Below are positions 46,111-56,590 of a DNA stretch of 64,000 bases, piece after piece (within the stretch, counting starts at the first letter, position 1; every line of letters starts with the position of its first letter). The notes under the pieces were generated by a model that was not told the origin of the DNA, made no database searches, and was given only the letters and a program-made list of their open reading frames with translations. The translations under genes were made by a program, and so were the position numbers. Origin of the DNA: Burkholderiales bacterium (GTDB lineage: Bacteria; Pseudomonadota; Gammaproteobacteria; Burkholderiales; SG8-39); the NCBI GenBank assembly GCA_036555245.1, contig DATBLP010000073.1, forward strand, positions 3,659-67,658. The letters are read 5' to 3'.

Positions 46111-47919
46111 ATGTCCGAACCGCAAACGGCGCAGGAATCCGCGCGCACGGCCAAAGTACTTTCGGAAGTTGCCGAGCGGTCCGGCCGCCTCATGGGCGAG
46201 TTCCTGAAGCGCAAGGCCGCAGGAGAAGGCCTCCCCTACACGGATGAATTCGGGGTCGCCAAGGCGCTCATGGATCTTTCCGCGCGCATGCTGGCGGAAC
46301 CCTGGAAGTTCGCCGAGGCCCAGGCGAAGATGTTCTGGGATTATGTGGCGCTATGGCAGTCGACGGCCCTCAAAATGATGGGCCAGGGCGCGAAGCCGAT
46401 CGCCGAGCCCGCCCTGGGCGACAATCGCTTCCGCGACACCGACTGGCAGGATCATTTTCTCTTCGACTACATCAAGCAGTCCTACCTGATCGCCGCGCGC
46501 CACATCCACGACGCCGTGTCCTCTGTCGAAGGTCTGCCGCAGGATGTGCAGAACCGGATCAACTTCTTCACGCGCCAGTACGTGGATGCGCTCTCGCCCA
46601 CGAACTTCGCGCTCACCAACCCGCAGGTATTGCGCGAGACTCTTCAATCGGGCGGACAGAATCTGCTGCGCGGCCTGAATAACCTGCTGGCCGATCTGGA
46701 GCGCGGCGGAGGCGAGCTGCGCATCAGGATGACGGATGAAACCGCTTTTAGGGTCGGCGTGAACGTTGCGACGAGCCCGGGAAAGGTGGTTTTCCAAAAC
46801 GATCTTATCCAGCTCATCCAGTATTCCCCAAGCACGGCGACGGTATTCCGTCAGCCGCTCCTCATCATCCCGCCGTGGATCAACAAGTACTACATCCTCG
46901 ATCTGCGCGAGAAAAATTCCTTTATCCGCTGGGCCGTGGCGCAGGGGCATACGGTGTTCGTCATTTCCTGGGTGAATCCCGACGAGCGCTACGCGCAGAA
47001 GAGTTTCGAGGACTACATGTTCGAGGGGCCGCTCGCTGCGCTCGATGCGATCGAGCGCGTCACCGGCGAGCGGGAGATCAACTTCATCGGCTATTGTCTG
47101 GGCGGGACGCTTCTCGGGGCGACGCTAGCGTGGATGGCGGCAAAGGGAGACCGCCGCGCCGCGTCAGCAACATTTTTCGTTTCGCTGCTCGATTTTTCCA
47201 TCCCGGGAGAGCTCGGCGTTTTCATCGACGAGGCCCAGGTCGAAAATCTCGAGCGCCGCATGAGCGAACGCGGCTTCCTCGAAGGCTCGGAAATGGCAGC
47301 CACCTTCAATATGTTGCGCGCGAACGACCTGATCTGGTCGTTCGTGATCCACAACTACCTGCTCGGAAAAGACCCGTTTCCTTTCGACCTTCTGTACTGG
47401 AACGCCGATTCCACGCGCATGCCCGCCAGGATGCACAGCTTCTACCTGCGCAACATGTACCTCGAGAACAAGCTTAAGGACCCAGGCGGAATCACCCTCG
47501 ACGGGGTCGCGATCGATCTACGCAGGATCACGACGCCGGCCTATTTCATCTCCACCGTCGAAGACCATATCGCTCCCTGGAAATCCACGTACAAGGGGGC
47601 GCGAATCCTCGCTGGACCCGTCAAGTTCGTCTTGGGGGGATCGGGGCATATCGCCGGAATCGTGAATCCGCCTGCGGCGAACAAATACGGATACTGGACC
47701 CACCCGCACCTGCCAGAGTCGGCCGAAGCATGGCAGGCGGCGGCCGCGAAGTACGATGGATCGTGGTGGACCGATTGGCACAAGTGGATTTCGGAACGCA
47801 ACGGCACCGAGCGCGTGGCGGCGCGCGAGCCTGGCGCGGGCCGGCTGAAGTCGATCGAAGATGCGCCGGGTTCCTACGTCAACGTACGGGTGGAGGCGAA
47901 AAAGCACCCGCAAGCATGA
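46111..47919 (+). CDS. phaC: Class I polyhydroxyalkanoate synthase
   Basis: SPTNFALTNP, PPWINKYYILDL, lipase box GYCLGG, EDHIAPW, SGHIAG. Confidence 0.95.
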   Translation: MSEPQTAQESARTAKVLSEVAERSGRLMGEFLKRKAAGEGLPYTDEFGVAKALMDLSARMLAEPWKFAEAQAKMFWDYVALWQSTALKMMGQGAKPIAEPALGDNRFRDTDWQDHFLFDYIKQSYLIAARHIHDAVSSVEGLPQDVQNRINFFTRQYVDALSPTNFALTNPQVLRETLQSGGQNLLRGLNNLLADLERGGGELRIRMTDETAFRVGVNVATSPGKVVFQNDLIQLIQYSPSTATVFRQPLLIIPPWINKYYILDLREKNSFIRWAVAQGHTVFVISWVNPDERYAQKSFEDYMFEGPLAALDAIERVTGEREINFIGYCLGGTLLGATLAWMAAKGDRRAASATFFVSLLDFSIPGELGVFIDEAQVENLERRMSERGFLEGSEMAATFNMLRANDLIWSFVIHNYLLGKDPFPFDLLYWNADSTRMPARMHSFYLRNMYLENKLKDPGGITLDGVAIDLRRITTPAYFISTVEDHIAPWKSTYKGARILAGPVKFVLGGSGHIAGIVNPPAANKYGYWTHPHLPESAEAWQAAAAKYDGSWWTDWHKWISERNGTERVAAREPGAGRLKSIEDAPGSYVNVRVEAKKHPQA

Positions 47920-47965
47920 GCTGTATTGCAGAGGGAAAGGCGCTCACCCCTGGGAGCGGTTCTCC

Positions 47966-48730
47966 CTACTGAAGCGGGCGGCCGCGCGCCTTTCGGGGTG
48001 CGTGTGCGAAGACGCGATCGTAGAGCCAGGCCGGCAGAATGCGCAGGACGCGTGACGCGAGCGCCATCTGCCAGGGGACGACGGCAAGGCGCCTTTTTTG
48101 CGCAATCGCGTGTGCTATGCGTTCCGCCGCGTCGTCGGCGCCGATGATGAACGGCATCCGGTAACGGTTGACCGCGGTCATCGGAGTGCTCACATACCCA
48201 GGACAGATAGTCACGACCGAAACGCCCGAGCCGTAGAGCTCCACGCGCAGGCTTTCCAGATAGGCGATCGCAGCGGCCTTCGATGCGCTGTAGGCGGACG
48301 ATCCCGGCAATCCCCGGAACCCGGCCACGCTCGAAACCCCTGCCAGGATGCCACTGGCGCGCTCGCGCATGAGAGCGACAAAAGGCTGAAAAGTCGCCGC
48401 CATGCCGAACACGTTGGTGTCCATCACCCTTCGGAATGTCGCAAGGTCCTCGGAAAGCGCGCTCGCGGTGCCCATGCTGACGCCCGCGTTCGCAATTACA
48501 ATGTCCGGGACTCCGAAACGCTCGACGAAATCGCGAGCTGCATTCTGTAGCGAGCTTGCCTCGGTCACATCGACCGTGTAGGGCGCTCCGCGGCCTCCCA
48601 GTCCGGCGAGCAGCTTCCGCATGGGTTCCGCGCGCCTCGCGCACAGCCCGAGAACCGCCCCCCGCCGTGCGTAATGTGCCGCGAGCGCCGCACCGATCCC
48701 GCTCGACGCGCCCGTGATGAATACTTTCAA
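47966..48730 (-). CDS. SDR family oxidoreductase
   Basis: TGASSGIG, NAG, YSASK, CPGYV; usual neighbour of dsbA; start uncertain. Confidence 0.88.
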   Translation of the reverse strand: MKVFITGASSGIGAALAAHYARRGAVLGLCARRAEPMRKLLAGLGGRGAPYTVDVTEASSLQNAARDFVERFGVPDIVIANAGVSMGTASALSEDLATFRRVMDTNVFGMAATFQPFVALMRERASGILAGVSSVAGFRGLPGSSAYSASKAAAIAYLESLRVELYGSGVSVVTICPGYVSTPMTAVNRYRMPFIIGADDAAERIAHAIAQKRRLAVVPWQMALASRVLRILPAWLYDRVFAHAPRKARGRPLQ

Positions 48731-48779
48731 GGGAACCGGGCCCTCGCCGGACGCACTGCCGCGGGAGCTTGGAACGCGG

Positions 48780-49418
48780 TTAGCGGGCGCTTTTTGCAGG
48801 GCGCCTGCGGACTTCGCCGATGAGGAAGTCCGTCGTCGAAAGCATCCTTGAGTTGGCGATGGTGACGTAGCGCCCCTGCACGCCGAGCGTGGGAACGCCA
48901 TCCAGACGATAGGCCCGGGCCATCTGAATCGCCCGATTCGTTCTCGTCTGCACAGTGAACGAGCGATACAGCTCGTCGTACTTCTTCATGTCCACGCCCT
49001 GCTTGGAGAGCCATTCGGCCACCCACTTGGCGTAATCATTGCCGCGCAGCTTCACGCCGCCCTGCTGATGGATGGCGTCGAAAAGCCGCCTGTGCAAGCG
49101 GTCGACTTGGCCCAAGGCTTCGAGCACGTAAAAGATCCGCGCGTCGATCGCCCACTCCTCACTCAGGACTCCCGGGACCCGCCGGAATCGCACGTCCCGC
49201 GGCAAGCCTTTGACCCAGGACTCCAGACTCGGCTCGAGGTCGTAGCAATGCGGGCATCGATACCAGAAGAATTCGATCACCTCGATCTTTCCGGCCGATT
49301 CCGTGGGCTGCGGGGGCTTGAGCTCCAGGTAATCGATGCCTTCGCTCGGCGTGCCCTGAGCGCTCACCGAGAACGCGAGAACCAGACCGGCAACGATGCT
49401 CAGCAGGCGAAGGGGCAT
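48780..49418 (-). CDS. dsbA: Thiol:disulfide interchange protein DsbA
   Basis: Signal peptide, EFFWYRCPHC, GVPT. Confidence 0.92.
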   Translation of the reverse strand: MPLRLLSIVAGLVLAFSVSAQGTPSEGIDYLELKPPQPTESAGKIEVIEFFWYRCPHCYDLEPSLESWVKGLPRDVRFRRVPGVLSEEWAIDARIFYVLEALGQVDRLHRRLFDAIHQQGGVKLRGNDYAKWVAEWLSKQGVDMKKYDELYRSFTVQTRTNRAIQMARAYRLDGVPTLGVQGRYVTIANSRMLSTTDFLIGEVRRRPAKSAR

Positions 49419-49442
49419 GAGGCGTTCTCCTTGGATCCTTGA

Positions 49443-50027
49443 CTAGTTCTTGGCGACATCCTTGATTCTGACAAGCGAGGCATCCACGCCGTTCTTGGCC
49501 AGCTGCTGGCGCAAGCGGTTGATCTCGTCGATCTGCGTGTAGGGCCCGAGGCGGACTCGGTACCATATGCCTTTCTCGGCGAGATTGGCCGGCTCGACGG
49601 CCGCCTCAATCCCCATTAACGCGAGCCTTGCCTTGAGGTTGTCCGCGTCAGCGGGGTTCGGAAAGGATCCGGCTTGCAGGAAATAGGTGTCCTTGGGCGC
49701 TCCCGGCTTGGCTGCCTGCTTGGCCGCTTCGCGCAACTGCCGATCCGTGACCGGCTCTTCCTGCCCGGGGAGGATGCGGTAAAAGTCAAAGCGCGGCTTG
49801 TCTTCGGTCTTTGCCGACTTGAGTGGTTCGGACGAGGTCTGTCCGAGAGGCGGAGTCTTTTCCTGCGTGCGCGTTCTGTCGGCGAACGGCACTGGCGTCT
49901 TGAAGAAATAGATCGCGATGCCGGCCGCAACCCCCAGCCCCAGAAGAAAGCCGAAGAACAGCCCGATCAAGAAGCTGTTCGAGGAGCTCGATCGCAGCGT
50001 GGGGGGTTGTTTGTAGTCGAAGCTCAT
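49443..50027 (-). CDS. SPOR-domain cell division protein (FtsN-like)
   Basis: N-terminal TM, RFDFYRILP, LQAGSF, YRVRLGP; argS-SPOR-dsbA synteny. Confidence 0.88.
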   Translation of the reverse strand: MSFDYKQPPTLRSSSSNSFLIGLFFGFLLGLGVAAGIAIYFFKTPVPFADRTRTQEKTPPLGQTSSEPLKSAKTEDKPRFDFYRILPGQEEPVTDRQLREAAKQAAKPGAPKDTYFLQAGSFPNPADADNLKARLALMGIEAAVEPANLAEKGIWYRVRLGPYTQIDEINRLRQQLAKNGVDASLVRIKDVAKN

Positions 50028-50039
50028 GGTCGCACGACC

Positions 50040-51710
50040 TTACATTTTCTCGGGCTGGCTGACGCTCAGCAGCGAAAGGCCGTTACGCAGTACCTGGCGC
50101 ACGGCAAGGCACAATGATATCCGCGCGGTACGCAGCGGTGTTTCGGAAACGAGAATACGCTCGGCATTATAGTAACTGTGAAACTCCCGCGCCAACTCGC
50201 GCAGGTAGAAGACGATCTGGTGGGGCGCCAGCTCGACGCACGCGTTTTCCAGCATCTCGGGGTATTCGCCCAGCCGCTGCAGAAGTTCGAGCTCGCGACC
50301 CCCGGTCAGCGGATCAAGCTCCGTCCTCATGATGGCATCGATGCCGCGTTCCCCTTCTTCGGGAAACTGCACGCGCCACTGCTCGAGCAGGGAGCAGATG
50401 CGCGCATGAGCGTACTGCAGGTAATAGACGGGGTTCTCGTCGGACTGCGACGTGGCGAGGTCAACGTCGAACACGAATTCGGTATCGGCCTTGCGCGACA
50501 CCAGGAAGAGCCGGGTCGCATCGCTTCCCACTTCGTCGAGCAACTCACGTAGGGTCACGTAGGAGCCGGCGCGCTTGGATATTTTCATCTCCTCGCCGCC
50601 CTTCATCACGGTGACCATCTTGTGCAGGACGTACTCGGGATAGTCGCGAGGGATGGCGTGCTCCCACGACGATGACACGGCCTGAAGGCCCGCCCGCACC
50701 CTGGTCACGGTGCCATGGTGGTCCGACCCTTGAATGTTGATGGCGCGCGTGAAGCCCCGCTCCCACTTCGTCAGGTGGTAAGCGATATCGGGCACGAAGT
50801 AGGTGTAGTTTCCGTCGGACTTTCGCACTACCCGGTCCTTGTCGTCGCCGTAGTCCGTCGTCCTCAGCCATAGCGCTCCTTCCTGCTCGAAGGTCTTGCC
50901 GGCCGCTATCAACGCATGAACGGTCCTTTCGACACGGCCGTCGCTGTAAAGGGAGGATTCCAGGTGGTAGCTATCGAAGCGGACGCTGAAGGCCTGAAGA
51001 TCGAGATCCTGCTCGCGTCGCAGTTCGGCGACCGCGAAGCGCATGACATCATTCAAATTCTCGCCGTCGTTGCCGGCCCCAAGATAATTTTCGGCGATCT
51101 CGCGCACATAATCACCGTGATATCCGTCGGCCGGGAATTCGGCAAGCAGGCCGAGCTTTTCACGGATTCGCGCTTGGACCGATAGTCCCAGATTGCGGAT
51201 CTGTACGCCCGCATCGTTGTAGTAGAACTCGCGCGTGACGCTCCAACCCTGCGACTCGAGGAGTGCGCTTACGGCGTCCCCAATGGCCGCCTGCCTGCCA
51301 TGCCCGACGTGCAAGGGCCCAGTTGGATTGGCGGAAACGAACTCGACGATAACACGCCGGCCTTGCCCGCGTTCGGACCGTCCGTAGCGTTCTCCCTCGG
51401 CGAAAATAGTCTTCACTATGTGTTGCTTCGCCGCGGGGCGCACGCGCAGGTTGATGAATCCCGACCCAGCGACTTCGGCACGCTCCAACCAGTCGGATTG
51501 CGGAAGCGCCTCCACCAGCTGGATGGCAAGCTCTCGCGGATTTCGTTTCAGGATCCGCGCAAGCTGCATTGCGGCAGGGCAGGAGAAATCTCCGTGCCGC
51601 GCCTGCTTGGGCCTTTCCAGGGAAATCAACGAACCCGGTTGCCGGGGTGCAATTTTGGCAAGCGCGCGCGTCAGCAGCTCGGTAAGGTGGGACTTGATCT
51701 CGGCGGACAT
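50040..51710 (-). CDS. argS: Arginine--tRNA ligase
   Basis: [25 protein letters not shown]; ends PEKM. Confidence 0.96.
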   Translation of the reverse strand: MSAEIKSHLTELLTRALAKIAPRQPGSLISLERPKQARHGDFSCPAAMQLARILKRNPRELAIQLVEALPQSDWLERAEVAGSGFINLRVRPAAKQHIVKTIFAEGERYGRSERGQGRRVIVEFVSANPTGPLHVGHGRQAAIGDAVSALLESQGWSVTREFYYNDAGVQIRNLGLSVQARIREKLGLLAEFPADGYHGDYVREIAENYLGAGNDGENLNDVMRFAVAELRREQDLDLQAFSVRFDSYHLESSLYSDGRVERTVHALIAAGKTFEQEGALWLRTTDYGDDKDRVVRKSDGNYTYFVPDIAYHLTKWERGFTRAINIQGSDHHGTVTRVRAGLQAVSSSWEHAIPRDYPEYVLHKMVTVMKGGEEMKISKRAGSYVTLRELLDEVGSDATRLFLVSRKADTEFVFDVDLATSQSDENPVYYLQYAHARICSLLEQWRVQFPEEGERGIDAIMRTELDPLTGGRELELLQRLGEYPEMLENACVELAPHQIVFYLRELAREFHSYYNAERILVSETPLRTARISLCLAVRQVLRNGLSLLSVSQPEKM

Positions 51711-51776
51711 GAGAGGAACTCTGAACGGGCGCGGTCTGTTCTAGTCACGCATTCCGACTGTGCCGAAAGGCCGCGT

Positions 51777-51823
51777 ATTATACCCGCCGTGCCCGGCCCG
51801 ATTCTTAAAGAGAAAGGTACAAT
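51777..51823. promoter_or_regulatory. Divergent -10 elements for argS (minus, TATAAT 51777-51782) and the bTHX gene (plus, TACAAT 51818-51823)
   Basis: Consensus-like hexamers in a short divergent spacer; -35 elements not evident. Confidence 0.5.
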
Positions 51824-51860
51824 AGCGTCGTTTCTCATCTTAATGGACGGAGCTCCAAGC

Positions 51861-51968
51861 TTGGGCAAAGGCGACAAACGGACTTTTCGTGGCAAGGTGT
51901 TCCGTGGATCACACGGGAAAACCCGCCCGCGCAAGGCCAGAAAAAGAACGACAAAGAAACCCGGGTAA
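51861..51968 (+). CDS. thx: 30S ribosomal protein bTHX (Thx/PSRP4 family)
   Basis: MGKGDKRTFRGKVFRGSHGKTRPRKARKRTTKKPG matches the GKGD-R-RGK--RG--GK-RP signature; GGAG 8 nt upstream of TTG. Confidence 0.85.
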   Translation: MGKGDKRTFRGKVFRGSHGKTRPRKARKRTTKKPG

Positions 51969-51979
51969 TTCCGGCGGGA

Positions 51980-54142
51980 TCAGAATTCAGTCGGGTCGAC
52001 GTCCAGGTGCCAGCGTACCCCGCGCACGCGCATCCGGTAGAGGTTCGTGGTCCATTCGTGAAGGAAGGACTGCAGGCGCGGCCGCGAACCCGACTGTACC
52101 AGCACGTGCGCGCGCTCCATGCTCGCCAGCCGGGCGAGCGACATGGGCGCTGGTTCAAAGACCGTGATTCCGGAACGTGCGTGCGGCGACCTGTCGAGCG
52201 CCGAATTCAGGAAACGCAAGGCTTGGCGCAAATCGGGGCTCTCTGCGCGCAGCACGGCTTCGAATACGAACGGTGGGAAGCCGGCGGCGCGGCGCTCGGC
52301 AAGGAGGGTCGAGGCGAACCCCGCAAAGTCGTGGTTTGCGAGCGACTGGTACAAGGGGTGACCGGGGTAGCGCGTTTGGATCAGCACTTCTCCCGGAAGG
52401 CTAGCGCGCCCGGGGCGCCCGGCGACCTGCTGCAGCTGCGCAAACATTCTTTCGCTTGCCCGGTAGTCGCCCGAGAACAGGCCACTGTCCGCGCTGAGTA
52501 CGCATGCAAGCGTGAGCCGCTCGAAGTGATGTCCCTTGGCGAGGATTTGCGTACCCACAAGGATATCGGCGTGCTCGGCGCGTTCGAGCAGGTCTTCCAG
52601 CTTCCCCCGGCTCCTCACGGCGTCACTGTCCAGGCGCAGGACTGAAGCCTGCGGAAAGCGCTCCGCGAGGGTGGATTCCACTCGCTGGGTCCCGCGCCCG
52701 AACGCCTGCAGATCAGGATTCCCGCACTCCGGGCAGGCCCGCGGGATGTCTGAGGCGAAGCCGCAATGATGACAGCGCAGTTTTCGCTCGGCGAGATGGA
52801 CTACCAGATGCGCCGAGCAGCGCCCGCAGTCCTTGACCCAGCCGCAAGCGGCACACACGAGGGTGGGCGCATAGCCCCGGCGATTGAGGAAAACGAGCGC
52901 CTGTTCTCCGCGTCCAAGGCGGTTTTCAATCGCCTGGAAGACGGGGGCGGCGATGCCGTCCTGCGGCGGGAATTCACGAGTGTCGATCAGGCGTATGGTG
53001 GGCAGGGCTGCCTGTTCGATCGCGCGGCGCGTGAGCCGAACGAGTTCGTATTTGCCCGACAAGGCGCTGCGATAAGTCTCAAGCGCGGGGGTCGCCGAGC
53101 ACAGCACGACCGGCACCCCGATTTCGCGGGCGCGGACTATGGCGAGATCGCGCGCCGAATAGCGCAAACCTTCCTGCTGCTTGAATGAGGCGTCCTGCTC
53201 CTCGTCCACGACGATGAGCCCCAAGTCTGGCAGCGGCGTATAGACCGCCAGCCGTGTGCCGAGAACGATGTCGACTTGCCCGCGCTGCGCCCGAAGCCAT
53301 CCGTTGGTGCGTTCCCGCTCCGCCATCGCGCTTGTCTGTATGACGAGGCGTGCGTCGGGGAACCGCGCCCGGAAGGCGGCTTCGAGGGCCGGGGTGAGCG
53401 CAATTTCAGGTACCAGCACCAGGACTTGTCTGCCGCGAGCGAGGGCGTCAGCGATGAGTTGGAGGTAGACCTCGGTCTTTCCGCTGCCCGTCACGCCAAA
53501 AAGCAGGCTCACGCGGAATCCGGAAGGTCCGCGGCGCAAGGCCTCAAGCGCCTCCTGCTGCTCCTTTGTTAGCCGATGCGCAGAGACGAAGGCGCCACCG
53601 CGCGGCTTCGTTTCATCGGCCCGGACCCAGCCCGACTTCAGGCATTCTTTGATCAGGGTGCGGCCTCCCCGAACAAGCGCTGCCAGCTCTGCCGCGGATG
53701 CTTGCCCGCGCTCGAGTCGGCCGAGAATCGCCCGCAGGCGTGTCCGCTTCTTGGGCATGGTGCGAAGCGCGTTTTCCCCTGCCGCCGTGATCGCATAGCT
53801 GTCCGTGTCCTGCGGTAAGGCTTTGGCCGTACGCAGGCGCGGGGGCAAGGCCGCCATGACCACTTCGCCAATGGGCTTGTGGTAGTAGCTGCTGCAGAAC
53901 TCCGCGAGAGCCAACCACTCTCGCGAAAGAGGCGGTATGTCGCGGAGGATCTTCTCGATCGGTCGCAGGCGGGACTCTGCTATCTCGGAATCCGCCGCGA
54001 TTTCCATGATCACGCCGACCGCGCGTTTCGATCCGAATGGAACCAGGACGCGGAGGCCCATGTCCGAGCGCGTCGCGTCCGCTGAGCGGTAGTCGAACAA
54101 TTTCGGGAGCGGCACGTCGAGCGCGACGCGCAGGATCTTCAC
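51980..54142 (-). CDS. priA: Primosomal protein N' (replication restart helicase)
   Basis: GVTGSGKTEVY, LVPEI, DEEQD, four CxxC, VGTQILAKGH; ends DVDPTEF. Confidence 0.95.
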   Translation of the reverse strand: MKILRVALDVPLPKLFDYRSADATRSDMGLRVLVPFGSKRAVGVIMEIAADSEIAESRLRPIEKILRDIPPLSREWLALAEFCSSYYHKPIGEVVMAALPPRLRTAKALPQDTDSYAITAAGENALRTMPKKRTRLRAILGRLERGQASAAELAALVRGGRTLIKECLKSGWVRADETKPRGGAFVSAHRLTKEQQEALEALRRGPSGFRVSLLFGVTGSGKTEVYLQLIADALARGRQVLVLVPEIALTPALEAAFRARFPDARLVIQTSAMAERERTNGWLRAQRGQVDIVLGTRLAVYTPLPDLGLIVVDEEQDASFKQQEGLRYSARDLAIVRAREIGVPVVLCSATPALETYRSALSGKYELVRLTRRAIEQAALPTIRLIDTREFPPQDGIAAPVFQAIENRLGRGEQALVFLNRRGYAPTLVCAACGWVKDCGRCSAHLVVHLAERKLRCHHCGFASDIPRACPECGNPDLQAFGRGTQRVESTLAERFPQASVLRLDSDAVRSRGKLEDLLERAEHADILVGTQILAKGHHFERLTLACVLSADSGLFSGDYRASERMFAQLQQVAGRPGRASLPGEVLIQTRYPGHPLYQSLANHDFAGFASTLLAERRAAGFPPFVFEAVLRAESPDLRQALRFLNSALDRSPHARSGITVFEPAPMSLARLASMERAHVLVQSGSRPRLQSFLHEWTTNLYRMRVRGVRWHLDVDPTEF

Positions 54143-54235
54143 AGCAAATCGACCGAGGAATCCGAAAGACTATTCGTACATCGTTGCATCACAAGATGCT
54201 TGCTTCTATTGGACTTTTTCGGAATTGACCAAGTT

Positions 54236-54428
54236 TGTGAATAACTTTGTGAGTAAGCTCGTCATTTAAGTGTAACTCTCGCTTGTACAAGACAATTTTG
54301 GCATTCGCCACGACAAGTACTTAAAAAAAGAGCCCACATATACAGGGACTTATGGATCTCCAGAGGGGAACTGCCCGAAAACCCGCGCCAGACTTGGGAT
54401 TTCAGAGGGTATTGTGCATAAGTCAATG
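54236..54428. promoter_or_regulatory. AT-rich region with a DnaA-box cluster
   Basis: TGTGAATAA 54236-54244 and TGTGCATAA 54413-54421 match TTATNCACA; degenerate TGTGAGTAA at 54248-54256. Confidence 0.65.
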
Positions 54429-54446
54429 CTTCAAGCGGATCCGGTT

Positions 54447-55517
54447 TTAGAGCGACTGGTGAAATTCTGGACTAGATTCGTGCACTGCAGCGACGAGCGC
54501 CGCCACGTTTTCCACCGGCGCGAGCTGGGGGACACCATGGCCCAGGTTGAAGACATGGCCAGGACCGCTGCCAAAGGAGTCAAGCACCTTGGCAGTTTCG
54601 CGCCGGACAATGTCCGGCGCGGTTAGCAGCACCATCGGATCGAGATTTCCCTGCAGCGCCACTTGCGTGCCAATACGCCGCCGTGCGTCGCCCAGAGTCG
54701 TACTCCAGTCCAGACCTACACAATCGCATCCGGTCGCGGCGATTGCCTCGAGCTGCTGACCGCCGCCTTTGGTGAAGACGATGACTGGGATACGGACGCC
54801 GTTGCGCTCCCGTTTGAGGCGGGAGAGCACCTCGGCGATATAGGCAAGCGAGAATTCCCGGTAGGCTTCCGCGGATAGACTCCCGCCCCAAGTGTCGAAA
54901 ATCATCGCCACTTGCGCTCCCGCGTCCATTTGCGCGTCAAGTAGCTCGGCGACGGCCCGGGCATTGATCGCAAGCAGGCGATGCAGCAAATCCGGACGAC
55001 GGTAGAGCATCGTCTTGATGGTTCGCCAATCCTCGCTGGCCCCACCCTCGACCATGTAGCAGGCAAGCGTGTAGGGGCTGCCGGCGAACCCGATCAAGGG
55101 CACGCGGCCCGCGATAGCGCGCCGGATCTCCATGACAGCGTCGGCGACGTAGCTCAGGTCGCGAGCCGGATCGGGCGCTCGGAGCGCGGCGATTGAGGCT
55201 TCGTCCCGCACCGGCCGCTCGAAGCGGGGTCCTTCGCCCTCGGCGAAATAGAGTCCCAAGCCCATCGCATCAGGGATAGTGAGGATATCCGAGAACAGAA
55301 TGGCCGCGTCTAGCGGAAACCGCTCGAGGGGCTGCAATGTCACTTCGGTCGCGAGTGACGGAGTCTTGCACAGGGCGAGAAAACTGCCCGCGCGGCGCCG
55401 GGTTTCGTTGTATTCAGGAAGGTAACGTCCCGCCTGGCGCATCAGCCATACGGGCGTGTACGGCGTGGGCTGCCTGAGCAGGGCGCGGATAAGCGTGTCG
55501 TTGTGCAATGTCGCCAA
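54447..55517 (-). CDS. hemE: Uroporphyrinogen decarboxylase
   Basis: [34 protein letters not shown]. Confidence 0.96.
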   Translation of the reverse strand: MATLHNDTLIRALLRQPTPYTPVWLMRQAGRYLPEYNETRRRAGSFLALCKTPSLATEVTLQPLERFPLDAAILFSDILTIPDAMGLGLYFAEGEGPRFERPVRDEASIAALRAPDPARDLSYVADAVMEIRRAIAGRVPLIGFAGSPYTLACYMVEGGASEDWRTIKTMLYRRPDLLHRLLAINARAVAELLDAQMDAGAQVAMIFDTWGGSLSAEAYREFSLAYIAEVLSRLKRERNGVRIPVIVFTKGGGQQLEAIAATGCDCVGLDWSTTLGDARRRIGTQVALQGNLDPMVLLTAPDIVRRETAKVLDSFGSGPGHVFNLGHGVPQLAPVENVAALVAAVHESSPEFHQSL

Positions 55518-55524
55518 ATTCGTG

Positions 55525-55986
55525 CTACTTCATCAGGCGGCCGGTAATGAATTTCCACTCGCTCGCGGCAACCGGCGTGATCGAGAGCCGGTTCCCAGGG
55601 CTGAGCACACGCATGCCGCAAATCTCCCGGTGCCTGCGCAGCTCCGCCAGGCTCACCAACCGCGTTTTCCTGACGAATTGAACATCTACGTTGAACCACC
55701 TGGGCGATTCGCGCTTCGCAGTCCTGTCGAAATAAGGGCTTGCGCGGTCGAACTGGCTGGCGTCCGGGTAGGCCGGAGATGCGACCCGAGCAATTCCCGC
55801 AATGCCGGGTTCGGCACAACTCGAATGGTAAAAGAAGACTCCGTCGCCCACGCGCATGTCCTCGCGCATGAAATTGCGCGCCTGATAGTTGCGAACGCCC
55901 GACCAGGGGATAGTCTTGCGCGGAGCCCGCGCGAGATCATCTATGCTGAACTCCTCGGGCTCCGATTTCATCAGCCAGTATTGCAT
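55525..55986 (-). CDS. EVE domain-containing protein
   Basis: [30 protein letters not shown]. Confidence 0.92.
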   Translation of the reverse strand: MQYWLMKSEPEEFSIDDLARAPRKTIPWSGVRNYQARNFMREDMRVGDGVFFYHSSCAEPGIAGIARVASPAYPDASQFDRASPYFDRTAKRESPRWFNVDVQFVRKTRLVSLAELRRHREICGMRVLSPGNRLSITPVAASEWKFITGRLMK

Positions 55987-56009
55987 TATCGCGAGCTTTC
56001 GATTCACGG

Positions 56010-56058
56010 CCCGACAAACGAAAACGCAGGCAATGTGCCTGCGTTTTCGTTTGTCGGG
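56010..56058 (-). terminator. Perfect 23-bp inverted repeat at the 3' end of 6S RNA
   Basis: CCCGACAAACGAAAACGCAGGCA-atg-TGCCTGCGTTTTCGTTTGTCGGG. Confidence 0.75.
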
Positions 56059-56239
56059 TGTCCCCCGCCGATGCCGCTCGATCCGATTCCTGAACCTTTC
56101 GGTTCAAGGTGGTCGCTTCCCGGTCACATCAGGTACATCCGACTAGGGGACGCGCGCAACAGTGACTCTAGAGTCCGCAACCAAATTCAAGCTGTTGGTT
56201 CAAGAATTTTCCGGATCTTGGCGCACACCACAGGGGACA
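56059..56239 (-). ncRNA. ssrS: 6S RNA
   Basis: About 180 nt downstream of zapA; complementary ends TGTCCCC/GGGGACA; CTTGAACC and CCACCTTGAACC..GGTTCAGG motifs. Confidence 0.9.
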
Positions 56240-56263
56240 GTTCTTCGGGCAGGTGCGTGAAAC

Positions 56264-56578
56264 TCAGATCAGGCGTTCCTGAGGCGCGAGGGCCTGATCA
56301 AGCACCGCCTCCATCGCGGCCATTCTACGCCTGAGGCCGTCCGTGTCAAAGCTGCCCGAGCTGCTTCTCGAGCCGAGCAGCTCGTGGGTGATGTTCAGAG
56401 CGGCCATGACCGCGATGCGCTCCGCGCTGGCGACGCGACCGGCATTCTTTATCTCGGTCATCTTCCTGTCGAGATAGGCCACCGCCTCGAGCAGCGCCCC
56501 GCGCTCCTCGTCCGAGCACGTGACCTTGTAGGTCCGGCCCAGGATGACGACATCGATCGTCTTCGGTTTCGGGTTCAT
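56264..56578 (-). CDS. zapA: Cell division protein ZapA
   Basis: DVVILGRTYKVTC, ERIAVMAALNITHEL. Confidence 0.92.
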   Translation of the reverse strand: MNPKPKTIDVVILGRTYKVTCSDEERGALLEAVAYLDRKMTEIKNAGRVASAERIAVMAALNITHELLGSRSSSGSFDTDGLRRRMAAMEAVLDQALAPQERLI

Positions 56579-56590
56579 CCGAAGATAGAC

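Noticed and set aside
54143..54446. Calling this region oriC
   Set aside because: Only 2-3 boxes, no clear unwinding-element repeats and no dnaA/gidA in the window; kept as a DnaA-box cluster
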